Of a stretch of 59,943 nt of DNA, positions 10,246 to 18,873 are shown one piece after another. Under the pieces are notes generated by a model that searched no databases, was not told the origin of the DNA, and saw nothing but the letters and a program-made list of their open reading frames with translations. The stretch is from sequence record SRR31156797_608; one strand, written 5' to 3'. Each line of letters starts with the position of its first letter. The first letter of the stretch is position 1. A program made the translations under genes and the position numbers.

Positions 10246-12817
10246 TATCATACCAGTTATTGCGTTTATCATATTTTAAATCCTGTAATATGGATGATTT
10301 TACACCAATTGTAAATGAGTAACTCTGACGACTACCAAATGGTACCCAACTGAATGACATAACCCAGCAATGTAAATCACGAGTAATGTTAAATCGGGTG
10401 ATAGACATTTTACGATTTTCGAAATCATAACCTGTTCTAAATCCAATCTTCCATGCCTTTGTTACACTGAAATTTCCTGAGAGACCAACTGTTTGATTTA
10501 CTGTTTTAGTATTTTTCGGTTTTGAGTAACCCCAGGTATAGTCAAGCTTAAAGCTCCATGGAATGTCAAAATAATCGTAATAATCATAATAATCCGATTG
10601 GCCTTTTTCGTCTTCTTCTACTTCATCACCTTCAAAAAACTTTGAATCGAGACTAAAACCAACTGTAACCCTTGCACTAGTAATCCTTCCGAGTTTGCCA
10701 TCCATTGTGTATTGAAATTGGTCTATTTTATCGTAAGTAATTGGATCTAACGCATATGGATCCATTGTGGCACTTGCGTTAATGTTAATTTTTTGGAATA
10801 GATTTGTTGAAGCTCTCATTGAAAGAGGCGCCCAATTTAGTGAATCAGCTGCCAAATTATAACTTGTATTAAAACTCAACTGTTTTAGTAAATCAATCTT
10901 TTTTGTACTAGAAGCAGTATCTTTTGGTGTTTTCACTTTCATTCCAATCTGATTGCTCAAACTAAAAGTTACTGAACCGGACTTTGAACCTCCCGGAACA
11001 CCATAAATACCATTATCATAATAACTATAGGTACCATTGTTTGGATCACCTTCTATATAATCATAATATCCATATCTATCTAAAGTAAAGTTTGGTCTGT
11101 AGCTGTATCCCACAGAAGGTGTATGCACTATTCGAATTGCATCAATTGGCATAAACGGTTTAAAACGAAACATACCATAAATTGTCGTATTTATGTTGGC
11201 ACTGGCACTATAGTCATAAACTCGGTTAAATCCCGTAATCGTATCAGTTACTTTTTTACCATATGTTACTGTTTCTCCTTCGACAAATGTACCATCTTCA
11301 TATTTTTGTCTAATTGAATTAAAATACCATCGTTCTGTATAATTAACTGAAGGAGAGAAGTTAAAGAATTTTAAGAATTTAGCTGAAGTTGAAACACCAA
11401 CATCGTGTTTTATTCCAAATTTAAATTGATCTACAACTTCTGGTTTAAAAAGCTCTTCTTCATGCACTGTAAATCTATTTTCAAACTTTGATTTGTAGGT
11501 AATTCCGAGTTTAGTAAGCATATTTTGTTTATTAGACGAAAATAATGCTTCAAATGGTGTAATTCTCTTCATATTCAGGTTCATGCTTGGTAAGGTCATA
11601 GTTACTGAGCTGTCTAGAGTTTTTAAAGTGTGCCTTAACTGCGCATTGAATGAAAATGGAGTGCCAGGTAGATTATGGCTGTAGTTAATTGAACTATTGA
11701 CTGTGTTTTGAATGTAATTATCAATGTTTGTAGAGTAAGTATTTGCTGAAGTAGATTTTAAATTAACGTTGGCAGAAAAATTACTATTTGGTCTGGCTTT
11801 AGGGTCTTGTCTATGTTGCCATAATATGGTATATGCGGAGGTATTTACATAGTCTGGTAATCCCTTTTCACTTTCAATTATCTTTTCATACATCAAGCTT
11901 ACATTACCTCCAAATCGATAACGTTTTTTATATCTTGACATCACACTACCTTTCATAGAACCATAAGAATATATGCTGCCAAGTACTTTTAAATCCATAT
12001 AATCATTTAGTGCCCAGTAATATCCAAGGTTTTCAAGAGAAAATCCTCTTCGTTCAGATTCACCATAACTTGGGATAATTAATCCCGAGGTTTGTTCTTT
12101 TGTAAAAGGGAAAAATCCAAATGGAATGGCAATTGGTGTAGGAATATCTTTAATTACAAGATAAAGTGGGCCTGAAACAATTTTGTCATCTTGAATAACA
12201 CGAGCTTTGCTCATGGCAATATAATAATGTGGATGCTCATGGTCACATGTTGTGTATTTTCCGGCTTTGAGATCAATAATATTATCGCTATGCTTTTTAG
12301 TACGCATACTGTGCAAGTATCCGCCATCTTGTTCTGTTATTACGTCAGTAATAATTCCTTTTTGTGTTTTGAAATTATATCTCAATTCCCTTGATTCATA
12401 TAATTCCTGCCCTTCTTTAAAAACAGGAAATCCTTTTAATATTCCTGCAGAATCTTTTATTCCCTTTGCAAAAAGTTCATTTTTATTAAAATCAATTTCG
12501 ATGTGATCAGCTGTTAATTCAATGTCTTCATAAGTTACACGGGCATTTCCCTTCAAGATGATTTTTCGCTCATTCATGAAAGAAATTATGGTGTCAAATG
12601 ATTTATAGTCTACTTTGCTGGCTAAAAGTGTTTGTTTTTTTTGAGGCTTGACTTTAACAGTATCTTCATTGAGAGGATTGGTTTTAGCTAGACTGTCATT
12701 GGTGGAGGTAAGGCTTGTGTCGATTACAGTAGTGTCAGATTGAGCCAAGGTCAATCCGTTAAAAACCAGCAGGATAATCTTAATAATAATTATATATCGA
12801 ATAAAATCTCTAGACAC
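10232..12817 (-). CDS. lptD: Putative LPS-assembly outer membrane protein LptD (Bacteroidota type)
   Basis: Signal peptide, OstA-like N-terminal region (YTTCD), aromatic-rich barrel ending RDLHCW...LQDLKY; divergent from the amidase. Confidence 0.85.
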   Translation of the reverse strand: MSRDFIRYIIIIKIILLVFNGLTLAQSDTTVIDTSLTSTNDSLAKTNPLNEDTVKVKPQKKQTLLASKVDYKSFDTIISFMNERKIILKGNARVTYEDIELTADHIEIDFNKNELFAKGIKDSAGILKGFPVFKEGQELYESRELRYNFKTQKGIITDVITEQDGGYLHSMRTKKHSDNIIDLKAGKYTTCDHEHPHYYIAMSKARVIQDDKIVSGPLYLVIKDIPTPIAIPFGFFPFTKEQTSGLIIPSYGESERRGFSLENLGYYWALNDYMDLKVLGSIYSYGSMKGSVMSRYKKRYRFGGNVSLMYEKIIESEKGLPDYVNTSAYTILWQHRQDPKARPNSNFSANVNLKSTSANTYSTNIDNYIQNTVNSSINYSHNLPGTPFSFNAQLRHTLKTLDSSVTMTLPSMNLNMKRITPFEALFSSNKQNMLTKLGITYKSKFENRFTVHEEELFKPEVVDQFKFGIKHDVGVSTSAKFLKFFNFSPSVNYTERWYFNSIRQKYEDGTFVEGETVTYGKKVTDTITGFNRVYDYSASANINTTIYGMFRFKPFMPIDAIRIVHTPSVGYSYRPNFTLDRYGYYDYIEGDPNNGTYSYYDNGIYGVPGGSKSGSVTFSLSNQIGMKVKTPKDTASSTKKIDLLKQLSFNTSYNLAADSLNWAPLSMRASTNLFQKININASATMDPYALDPITYDKIDQFQYTMDGKLGRITSARVTVGFSLDSKFFEGDEVEEDEKGQSDYYDYYDYFDIPWSFKLDYTWGYSKPKNTKTVNQTVGLSGNFSVTKAWKIGFRTGYDFENRKMSITRFNITRDLHCWVMSFSWVPFGSRQSYSFTIGVKSSILQDLKYDKRNNWYDNAGY

Positions 12818-12843
12818 TAATTTCTTATTCCGTGTGTTTATAC

Positions 12844-12851
12844 TATTTTTG
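12844..12851 (+). promoter_or_regulatory. Sigma-A -7 element (TATTTTTG) for the amidase
   Basis: Matches TAnnTTTG about 60 bp upstream of ATG 12910. Confidence 0.45.
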
Positions 12852-12909
12852 CTAACTTAAAATGCACAATTTTTGCGGTTCAAAACTAATTAAAATCTTT
12901 TATTCTATT

Positions 12910-14028
12910 ATGCTTCAAATAAAGAAGATTTCAGTATTACTCTTAATAATAGTCTTTATTGGCTGTTGTTCAAATATTTTTGCTTCTAAAACTGAGCGAA
13001 AATATGTTGTTGTATTAGATGCTGGTCATGGAGGTAAAGACAGTGGCGCGCGTGGAAGTATTTCCTGGGAAAAAGATATAGTTTTAGAAGTAACCAAACA
13101 GGTTGGAGAGTATTTAAACAAGCATTTACCAAACGTTAAGGTCATATATACAAGGAATGATGATACATTTATTAAACTCTATGAAAGAGCAAATATTGCT
13201 AACGAAAATGAAGCTGATTTATTTGTATCGATTCATGCCAATGCATCGCCAAGTAAAAATTCCCGAGGTACAGAAACGTTTGTCATGGGTTTACATAAAA
13301 CCGATGGAAACCTTGCAGTAGCTCAAAAAGAAAACTCTGTGGTGGCACTTGAGGAAGATTATACTGAGCAATATGAAGGGTATGATCCTCATAGTCCGGA
13401 ATCTTATATAATTTTTTCTTTGATGACCAATGCTCATTTAGACCAAAGTTTAAAAGCTGCAGAATTAGTGCAAACAGAATTTAGAGAAAGGGCCAGAAGA
13501 AAAGATAGAGGAGTAAAGCAAGCAGGTTTTTTGGTGTTGTGGAAAACTACCATGCCTAGCATTTTGATTGAATTAGGATTTATTTCAAATAGGCACGAAG
13601 AAACATATTTAAACTCGGACCAGGGTAAAGATTATCTTGCATCGGCTATTTTTAGGGCCATTAGAAGCTATTTTGAAGATTTAGAGGCTAATGAAGCTGA
13701 AGATGTGGAATATATCGAAGAAAAGGGCTCTAATGAGCCTGTGGTTACTAATAAGCCTGATAGTGAGGAGATTGTTTTCAAAGTACAGCTTACGGCTTCA
13801 AGCAATGAAGCCAATTTGAATAAAACACCCTTTAGCGAAGTAGAAGGAGATATTGAAGTTCAAAAAATAGGAAAGTTTTATAAGTATTATTTAGGAAATG
13901 CTAAAAGTTATGAAGAAGCAAAAGCATTGCAAAACAAATGTCGTGACTTATTTCCAGACTCCTTCATAGTTGCCTTTCAGGGGACAAATCCATTGTCATT
14001 GCAAAAAGCCATCGATAAAACAAAATAA
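12910..14028 (+). CDS. N-acetylmuramoyl-L-alanine amidase (Amidase_3) with C-terminal SPOR-like domain
   Basis: LDAGHGGKD, SIHAN and ILIELGFISN motifs; start at 12910 gives a clean signal peptide (alternative 12862). Confidence 0.92.
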   Translation: MLQIKKISVLLLIIVFIGCCSNIFASKTERKYVVVLDAGHGGKDSGARGSISWEKDIVLEVTKQVGEYLNKHLPNVKVIYTRNDDTFIKLYERANIANENEADLFVSIHANASPSKNSRGTETFVMGLHKTDGNLAVAQKENSVVALEEDYTEQYEGYDPHSPESYIIFSLMTNAHLDQSLKAAELVQTEFRERARRKDRGVKQAGFLVLWKTTMPSILIELGFISNRHEETYLNSDQGKDYLASAIFRAIRSYFEDLEANEAEDVEYIEEKGSNEPVVTNKPDSEEIVFKVQLTASSNEANLNKTPFSEVEGDIEVQKIGKFYKYYLGNAKSYEEAKALQNKCRDLFPDSFIVAFQGTNPLSLQKAIDKTK

Positions 14029-14101
14029 CAACCTTGGTTATTCTCATCGTTAATTGCAAGTTATTTTTTAACTTGCAATCGATCAATAATTATTCTTTCA
14101 T

Positions 14102-15340
14102 ATGAATAAATACAAATACATATTAATTGGTTTCCTGGTTTCAATAACTGTTGGAATATTTATTTTCGGTTTAAACTATTTAAAAGGTAAAAATTATTTT
14201 ATTGAAGAAGATAAATATTATGTAGTATATGATAGGATAGAAGGCCTTACAAATGCAAGTCCTGTTTTATTGAATGGATTTAATATTGGTCAGGTTAGAG
14301 AGATAAAATTTCATGACATAAGAAAAGGTAACCTTATTGTAACATTTGTTGTTAAAAAAGATATACACATTCCTAAGAATTCTATTGCACGCATTTTTAG
14401 TCAGGATTTAATGGGTACTAAAGCCATAGACTTAATTTATTCTGAAGAGAAAGATTATGCTACACCTGGTGATACTTTAATTCCTGAAACTGAAGAAAGT
14501 TTAAAAGAGCAGGTGAGTATTGAAATGCTTCCGCTAAAAAACAAAGCTGAGGATTTGCTGAAGGAGATGGAAAATGCCATTAAGATTATTAATCAAATTT
14601 TTAATGAACAAACTCAACGTAATCTTCAACAGGGTATTGAGCAGTTCAATCAGATTGCGAAGCACTTGCGATCCAGCACTGCAAGTGTGGATAGTTTATT
14701 AATTAAAGAAAAGTATCGTATTCACAGATTGATTGCAAATTTGGAATCAATTACAGCCAATTTTAAAGGTAATAATGAAAATGTTACGGAACTTATCGAG
14801 AACTTAAAAATGCTCACTGATTCATTAAATCAGGTTGATTTCAAAGGTACCGCATCTAAAGTTGATAGTTCTTTATATGCATTTAATGAGATTTTAAAAC
14901 AAATTGAAAATGAAGAAGGTACATTGGGGCAATTAATTTACGATGACTCTTTATATAATACATTAAACAGAAGTACTGATTATATAGGCAATTTAGCTCA
15001 GGATCTTCGCGTCAATCCAAAACGATATTTGCATTTTTCAGTTTTTGATTTGGGCCGAACCATGTATGTACTCGATCAGGATAAAATGAAAAAACAAGCT
15101 GATAAGCGAGAAGGTATTTATTATGTATTGCTTGCAGAAAGTGATAATCCAATTCCGGTAGAGTCTTTTAGTAAAATTGAGAATGTAGAGCAGCGTGTTT
15201 ACAACGAAAAATACCTTTATACTGTTGGGGGCTATTATAAAAAACGTAAAGCTGAGAAGTTTTATAATAAAGTGCGCAGGAACTATCCCGAAGCAAGATT
15301 AGTCTATTTTAATAAAGGTCAATATTTAACTATAGAATAA
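14102..15340 (+). CDS. MlaD/MCE family lipid-transport protein with extended C-terminus
   Basis: N-terminal TM anchor, GL..ASPVLLNGFNIGQV and DLMG motifs, helical region, NPKRYLHFSVF. Confidence 0.88.
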   Translation: MNKYKYILIGFLVSITVGIFIFGLNYLKGKNYFIEEDKYYVVYDRIEGLTNASPVLLNGFNIGQVREIKFHDIRKGNLIVTFVVKKDIHIPKNSIARIFSQDLMGTKAIDLIYSEEKDYATPGDTLIPETEESLKEQVSIEMLPLKNKAEDLLKEMENAIKIINQIFNEQTQRNLQQGIEQFNQIAKHLRSSTASVDSLLIKEKYRIHRLIANLESITANFKGNNENVTELIENLKMLTDSLNQVDFKGTASKVDSSLYAFNEILKQIENEEGTLGQLIYDDSLYNTLNRSTDYIGNLAQDLRVNPKRYLHFSVFDLGRTMYVLDQDKMKKQADKREGIYYVLLAESDNPIPVESFSKIENVEQRVYNEKYLYTVGGYYKKRKAEKFYNKVRRNYPEARLVYFNKGQYLTIE

Positions 15341-15496
15341 TTTTATCATAATCCTGAAATTTGCAAGGTAATTTTCCATTAACAATTATTTAACGTTTTC
15401 GTAATACGATTAAAATACAGGCCTTTAAATTCCATGTTTGCGTAACATTCTGATTGTCAGTTTTTTATAAAAATATTTTTTTTTAGGTTTTTAAAG

Positions 15497-15505
15497 TGTT
15501 GATAA
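15497..15505 (-). promoter_or_regulatory. Possible DnaA box upstream of dnaA (TTATCAACA)
   Basis: One mismatch to TTATCCACA, 130 bp upstream of dnaA; single copy. Confidence 0.4.
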
Positions 15506-15634
15506 TAAAAATGATATCGTAAATTTTAAAAATGCAAGCGATATTTTATTTTTTTTTAAACTTTTTTTTCACCAACTTAGACTTCGCAAAAATAAAAATC
15601 AAGAAGATTATAAATTGTTAGGAATTAGGTTGCT

Positions 15635-17059
15635 ATGGATCACAAACTAGCGTGGGATCAGTGTCTCTCAGTAATTAAGGATAACATACCTGATAGAAGT
15701 TTCCGAACTTGGTTTACACCAATTAGGCCAATAAAACTTGAAGAAGGTGTTTTGACAATTGAAGTTCCAACCTCATTTTTTTATGAGTATTTGGAAGAAC
15801 ATTTTATCGATATATTACGAAAGACGCTGAACAAGGTAATAGGAGATGGAGCTAAACTTGAGTATAGTATTATTGTACACAACAGTACACATAATTCAAA
15901 ACCTTACACATTAAAAGTACCAACTCAAAACAAAAGTGACTTGACTAATAGACCTGTATCCATTCCTATGGGGCAAAATCAACAGGTTTCTATTAAAAAC
16001 CCTTTTGTAATACCAGGTATCCAAAAACTTAATATTGATCCACAACTTAATAGTGATTATAGTTTCGATAACTTTATTGAAGGCGAATGCAATAGATTAG
16101 CTCGTTCTGCCGGGTTTGCTATTGCTCAAAATCCCGGTAAAACGGCATTTAATCCTCTATTTATATACGGTGCATCAGGACTTGGAAAAACTCATTTGGC
16201 GCACGCCATTGGCATTGAGGTTAAAGAACGTTTCCCTGAAAAAACAGTATTATATGTAAGTGCCAATAAATTTGAAAGACAATATGCTGATGCAGCCAGA
16301 AATAATGAGCGTAATGATTTTGTTCATTTTTATCAAATGATTGATGTACTTATTATCGATGATGTGCAGCATTTAGCCGCTAAACCAGGTACACAAGATG
16401 TATTTTTCCATATTTTTAATCATTTACATCAATCTGGTAAGCAATTGATTTTAACCTCAGATAAACCGCCAGTTGAGCTTGAGGGTCTGGAGCAAAGGTT
16501 ATTATCACGTTTTAAATGGGGGTTGAGTGCTGATTTGCAAGTGCCTGATTTTGATACACGTAAAGCGATTTTGCAAAAAATGGCCTACAAAGATGGTATT
16601 GAGCTTGGTGATGATATTGTAAATTATGTGGCCAGTAATATAAATACTAACGTTCGAGAAATTGAAGGTGCATTGGTTTCATTACTAGCACAGTCAACAC
16701 TGAATAAAAAAGAAATAACTATTGAATTGGCCAAAAGTCTAATAGATAAGTTAGTTTCTAACACCAAAAAAGAAATTACACTGGATCTTATACAACAAAC
16801 TGTGTCAAGTTATTTCAATATGCCTATTGATCAGTTAAATAGTAAGACTCGTAAAAGAGAAATTGTTCAGGCTCGTCAAATTGCCATGTACTTTGCAAAA
16901 CATAAAACTAAATCATCTTTATCTACTATAGGTGCACGCATTGGTGGTAAAGATCATGCTACTGTGCTTCATGCTTGCAAAACTGTTAAAAATCTTTTAG
17001 ATACTGACAAAAGATTTAAAGTATACGTAGATGACATAGAAAAAATGTTAGAAGGATAG
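15635..17059 (+). CDS. dnaA: Chromosomal replication initiator DnaA
   Basis: NPLFIYGASGLGKTHL, IDDVQ, RLLSRF, NVREIEGAL, ARQIAMY and KDHATVLHA motifs. Confidence 0.99.
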   Translation: MDHKLAWDQCLSVIKDNIPDRSFRTWFTPIRPIKLEEGVLTIEVPTSFFYEYLEEHFIDILRKTLNKVIGDGAKLEYSIIVHNSTHNSKPYTLKVPTQNKSDLTNRPVSIPMGQNQQVSIKNPFVIPGIQKLNIDPQLNSDYSFDNFIEGECNRLARSAGFAIAQNPGKTAFNPLFIYGASGLGKTHLAHAIGIEVKERFPEKTVLYVSANKFERQYADAARNNERNDFVHFYQMIDVLIIDDVQHLAAKPGTQDVFFHIFNHLHQSGKQLILTSDKPPVELEGLEQRLLSRFKWGLSADLQVPDFDTRKAILQKMAYKDGIELGDDIVNYVASNINTNVREIEGALVSLLAQSTLNKKEITIELAKSLIDKLVSNTKKEITLDLIQQTVSSYFNMPIDQLNSKTRKREIVQARQIAMYFAKHKTKSSLSTIGARIGGKDHATVLHACKTVKNLLDTDKRFKVYVDDIEKMLEG

Positions 17060-17082
17060 AGTTCAAATTATGATATTTAAAT

Positions 17083-17123
17083 AAGCTATCTGTAAGACTT
17101 TTATTTACTTGCAGGTAGCTTTT
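17083..17123 (+). terminator. Intrinsic terminator after dnaA
   Basis: AAGCTATCTGTAAG / CTTGCAGGTAGCTT stem (G-U pairs) followed by T residues. Confidence 0.65.
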
Positions 17124-17237
17124 CTGTTAAATCATGTCAACACTTTGGGATGATTAGTGTTTACGACAATGAATATTTGAATAAAATTTTGTAAAACTGA
17201 CATAAATCATCAATTTTGTACGATCAAAAAAAATAGA

Positions 17238-18005
17238 ATGGGAATAAAAATAAAGACACCAGAACAAATTGAGGGGATTAGAAAAAGTAGCCAACTGGCT
17301 GCTTCATGTTTAGACTTTATTGAACCTTACGTTAAACCAGGAGTTACCACTGAATATCTCGATGATCTTATTGAAAAACACATCCGTGAAAACGGCGCAA
17401 TACCAGCTCCATTGAATTATCATGGTTTTCCCAAAGCTACTTGTATTTCTCCAAATAGTGTAGTTTGCCATGGTATTCCAAGTAAAAAGACTATCCTGAA
17501 AGAAGGAGATATTATTAACATTGATGTTACTACTATATTAGACGGTTATTATGGTGACACCAGTCGCATGTTTGAAGTTGGTGATATAAGTGAAAAAGCA
17601 GCTAATTTAATTGACACAACAAAACATTGTTTGGACCTTGGTATTAAGCAAGTTAAGCCGGGTAATAGATTTGGAAATATTGGTTACGTTATTTCAAGAT
17701 ATGCACAAAGTAAGGGTTATAGCGTAGTATATGAGTTTTGTGGACATGGTGTTGGCTTGGAGTTTCATGAAGAGCCTCAGGTTGAGCATATTTCACGAAA
17801 AAACTCAGGCGCAACAATGAAACCCGGAATGATTTTTACCATCGAACCCATGATTAATATGGGAAAAGCAAAAGTTAAAGTTGATAAAAATGATGGTTGG
17901 ACAGCCACAACCATTGATAATGAGTTATCGGCTCAATTTGAACACACTGTGTTGGTTACAGAAGATGGTTATGAAGTATTGACAGATATTCACAATGAAT
18001 ACTAA
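17238..18005 (+). CDS. map: Type I methionine aminopeptidase
   Basis: VCHGIP, NIDVT, GDTSRMF, GHGVG..FHEEP, FTIEPMIN and AQFEHTV motifs. Confidence 0.97.
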   Translation: MGIKIKTPEQIEGIRKSSQLAASCLDFIEPYVKPGVTTEYLDDLIEKHIRENGAIPAPLNYHGFPKATCISPNSVVCHGIPSKKTILKEGDIINIDVTTILDGYYGDTSRMFEVGDISEKAANLIDTTKHCLDLGIKQVKPGNRFGNIGYVISRYAQSKGYSVVYEFCGHGVGLEFHEEPQVEHISRKNSGATMKPGMIFTIEPMINMGKAKVKVDKNDGWTATTIDNELSAQFEHTVLVTEDGYEVLTDIHNEY

Positions 18006-18035
18006 AATAGAACAATTAATTTAAAACATACTCGT

Positions 18036-18782
18036 ATGAAATTATTAGAAGGAAAAACAGCTATTGTTACTGGGGCATCAAGAGGTATTGGTCGTGCCAT
18101 TGCACTGCGTTTTGCTGAAAATGGAGCCAATGTGGCAGGTACAGACCTCAAATATGATGAGAATGCAGAAGCTCTTGAAAAAGAGATTGCTGCCATGGGC
18201 GTTAAATGTAAAATGTATGCTTCTGATGCAAGTAATTTCGAAGGTTGCCAAACATTAGCAGATGAAGTAGTAAAAGATTTCGGTCAAATTGATATTCTTA
18301 TCAATAATGCAGGTATTACTAAAGACAATCTTTTAATGAGAATGACTGAAGGCGATTGGGATGCAGTAATGAATATCAATCTTAAATCTGCATTTAATAT
18401 GACAAAAGCTGTACAGCGCACTATGCTTAAGCAGCGTAATGGTTCTATTGTAAACATGAGCTCTGTGGTAGGTGTATCCGGAAACGCTGGACAAGCTAAT
18501 TACAGCGCCAGTAAAGCTGGTATGATTGGGTTTACCAAATCAGTGGCAAAAGAGCTAGGGTCTCGTAATATCCGCGTGAATGCAATTGCACCTGGATTTA
18601 TTATTACTGAAATGACTGGTAAACTGCCTGAAGATGTAGTGAAAGGTTGGAGCGATCAAATTCCTTTGAAAAGAGGAGGAGAACCCACTGAGGTTGCTGA
18701 TGTAGCTATGTTCCTTTCTTCAGATTTATCTTCATACGTAAGCGGTCAGGTGATTAACGTATGTGGCGCAATGAATACATAA
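18036..18782 (+). CDS. fabG: 3-oxoacyl-ACP reductase
   Basis: TGASRGIG, NNAGITKD, NYSASKAG and NAIAPGFI motifs. Confidence 0.95.
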   Translation: MKLLEGKTAIVTGASRGIGRAIALRFAENGANVAGTDLKYDENAEALEKEIAAMGVKCKMYASDASNFEGCQTLADEVVKDFGQIDILINNAGITKDNLLMRMTEGDWDAVMNINLKSAFNMTKAVQRTMLKQRNGSIVNMSSVVGVSGNAGQANYSASKAGMIGFTKSVAKELGSRNIRVNAIAPGFIITEMTGKLPEDVVKGWSDQIPLKRGGEPTEVADVAMFLSSDLSSYVSGQVINVCGAMNT

Positions 18783-18804
18783 CTCAAATCATCTAATATT
18801 ATAC

Positions 18805-18833
18805 AATAACCGGCATACTCTGCCGGTTATTTT
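18805..18833 (+). terminator. Intrinsic terminator after fabG
   Basis: AATAACCGGCA-N5-TGCCGGTTATT followed by T residues. Confidence 0.8.
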
Positions 18834-18873
18834 GTATATTCACATTTCATTTTGCCAATTAGATCCATAGGCT

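Noticed and set aside
15475-15569. Poly-T tracts as phase-variation switches
   Set aside because: Tracts of 8-10 T are common in such AT-rich intergenic DNA, and a single sequence gives no evidence of length variation
15341-17237. oriC flanking dnaA
   Set aside because: Only one imperfect DnaA box was seen, there is no dnaN/gyrB/rpmH context, and a dif site lies 13 kb away
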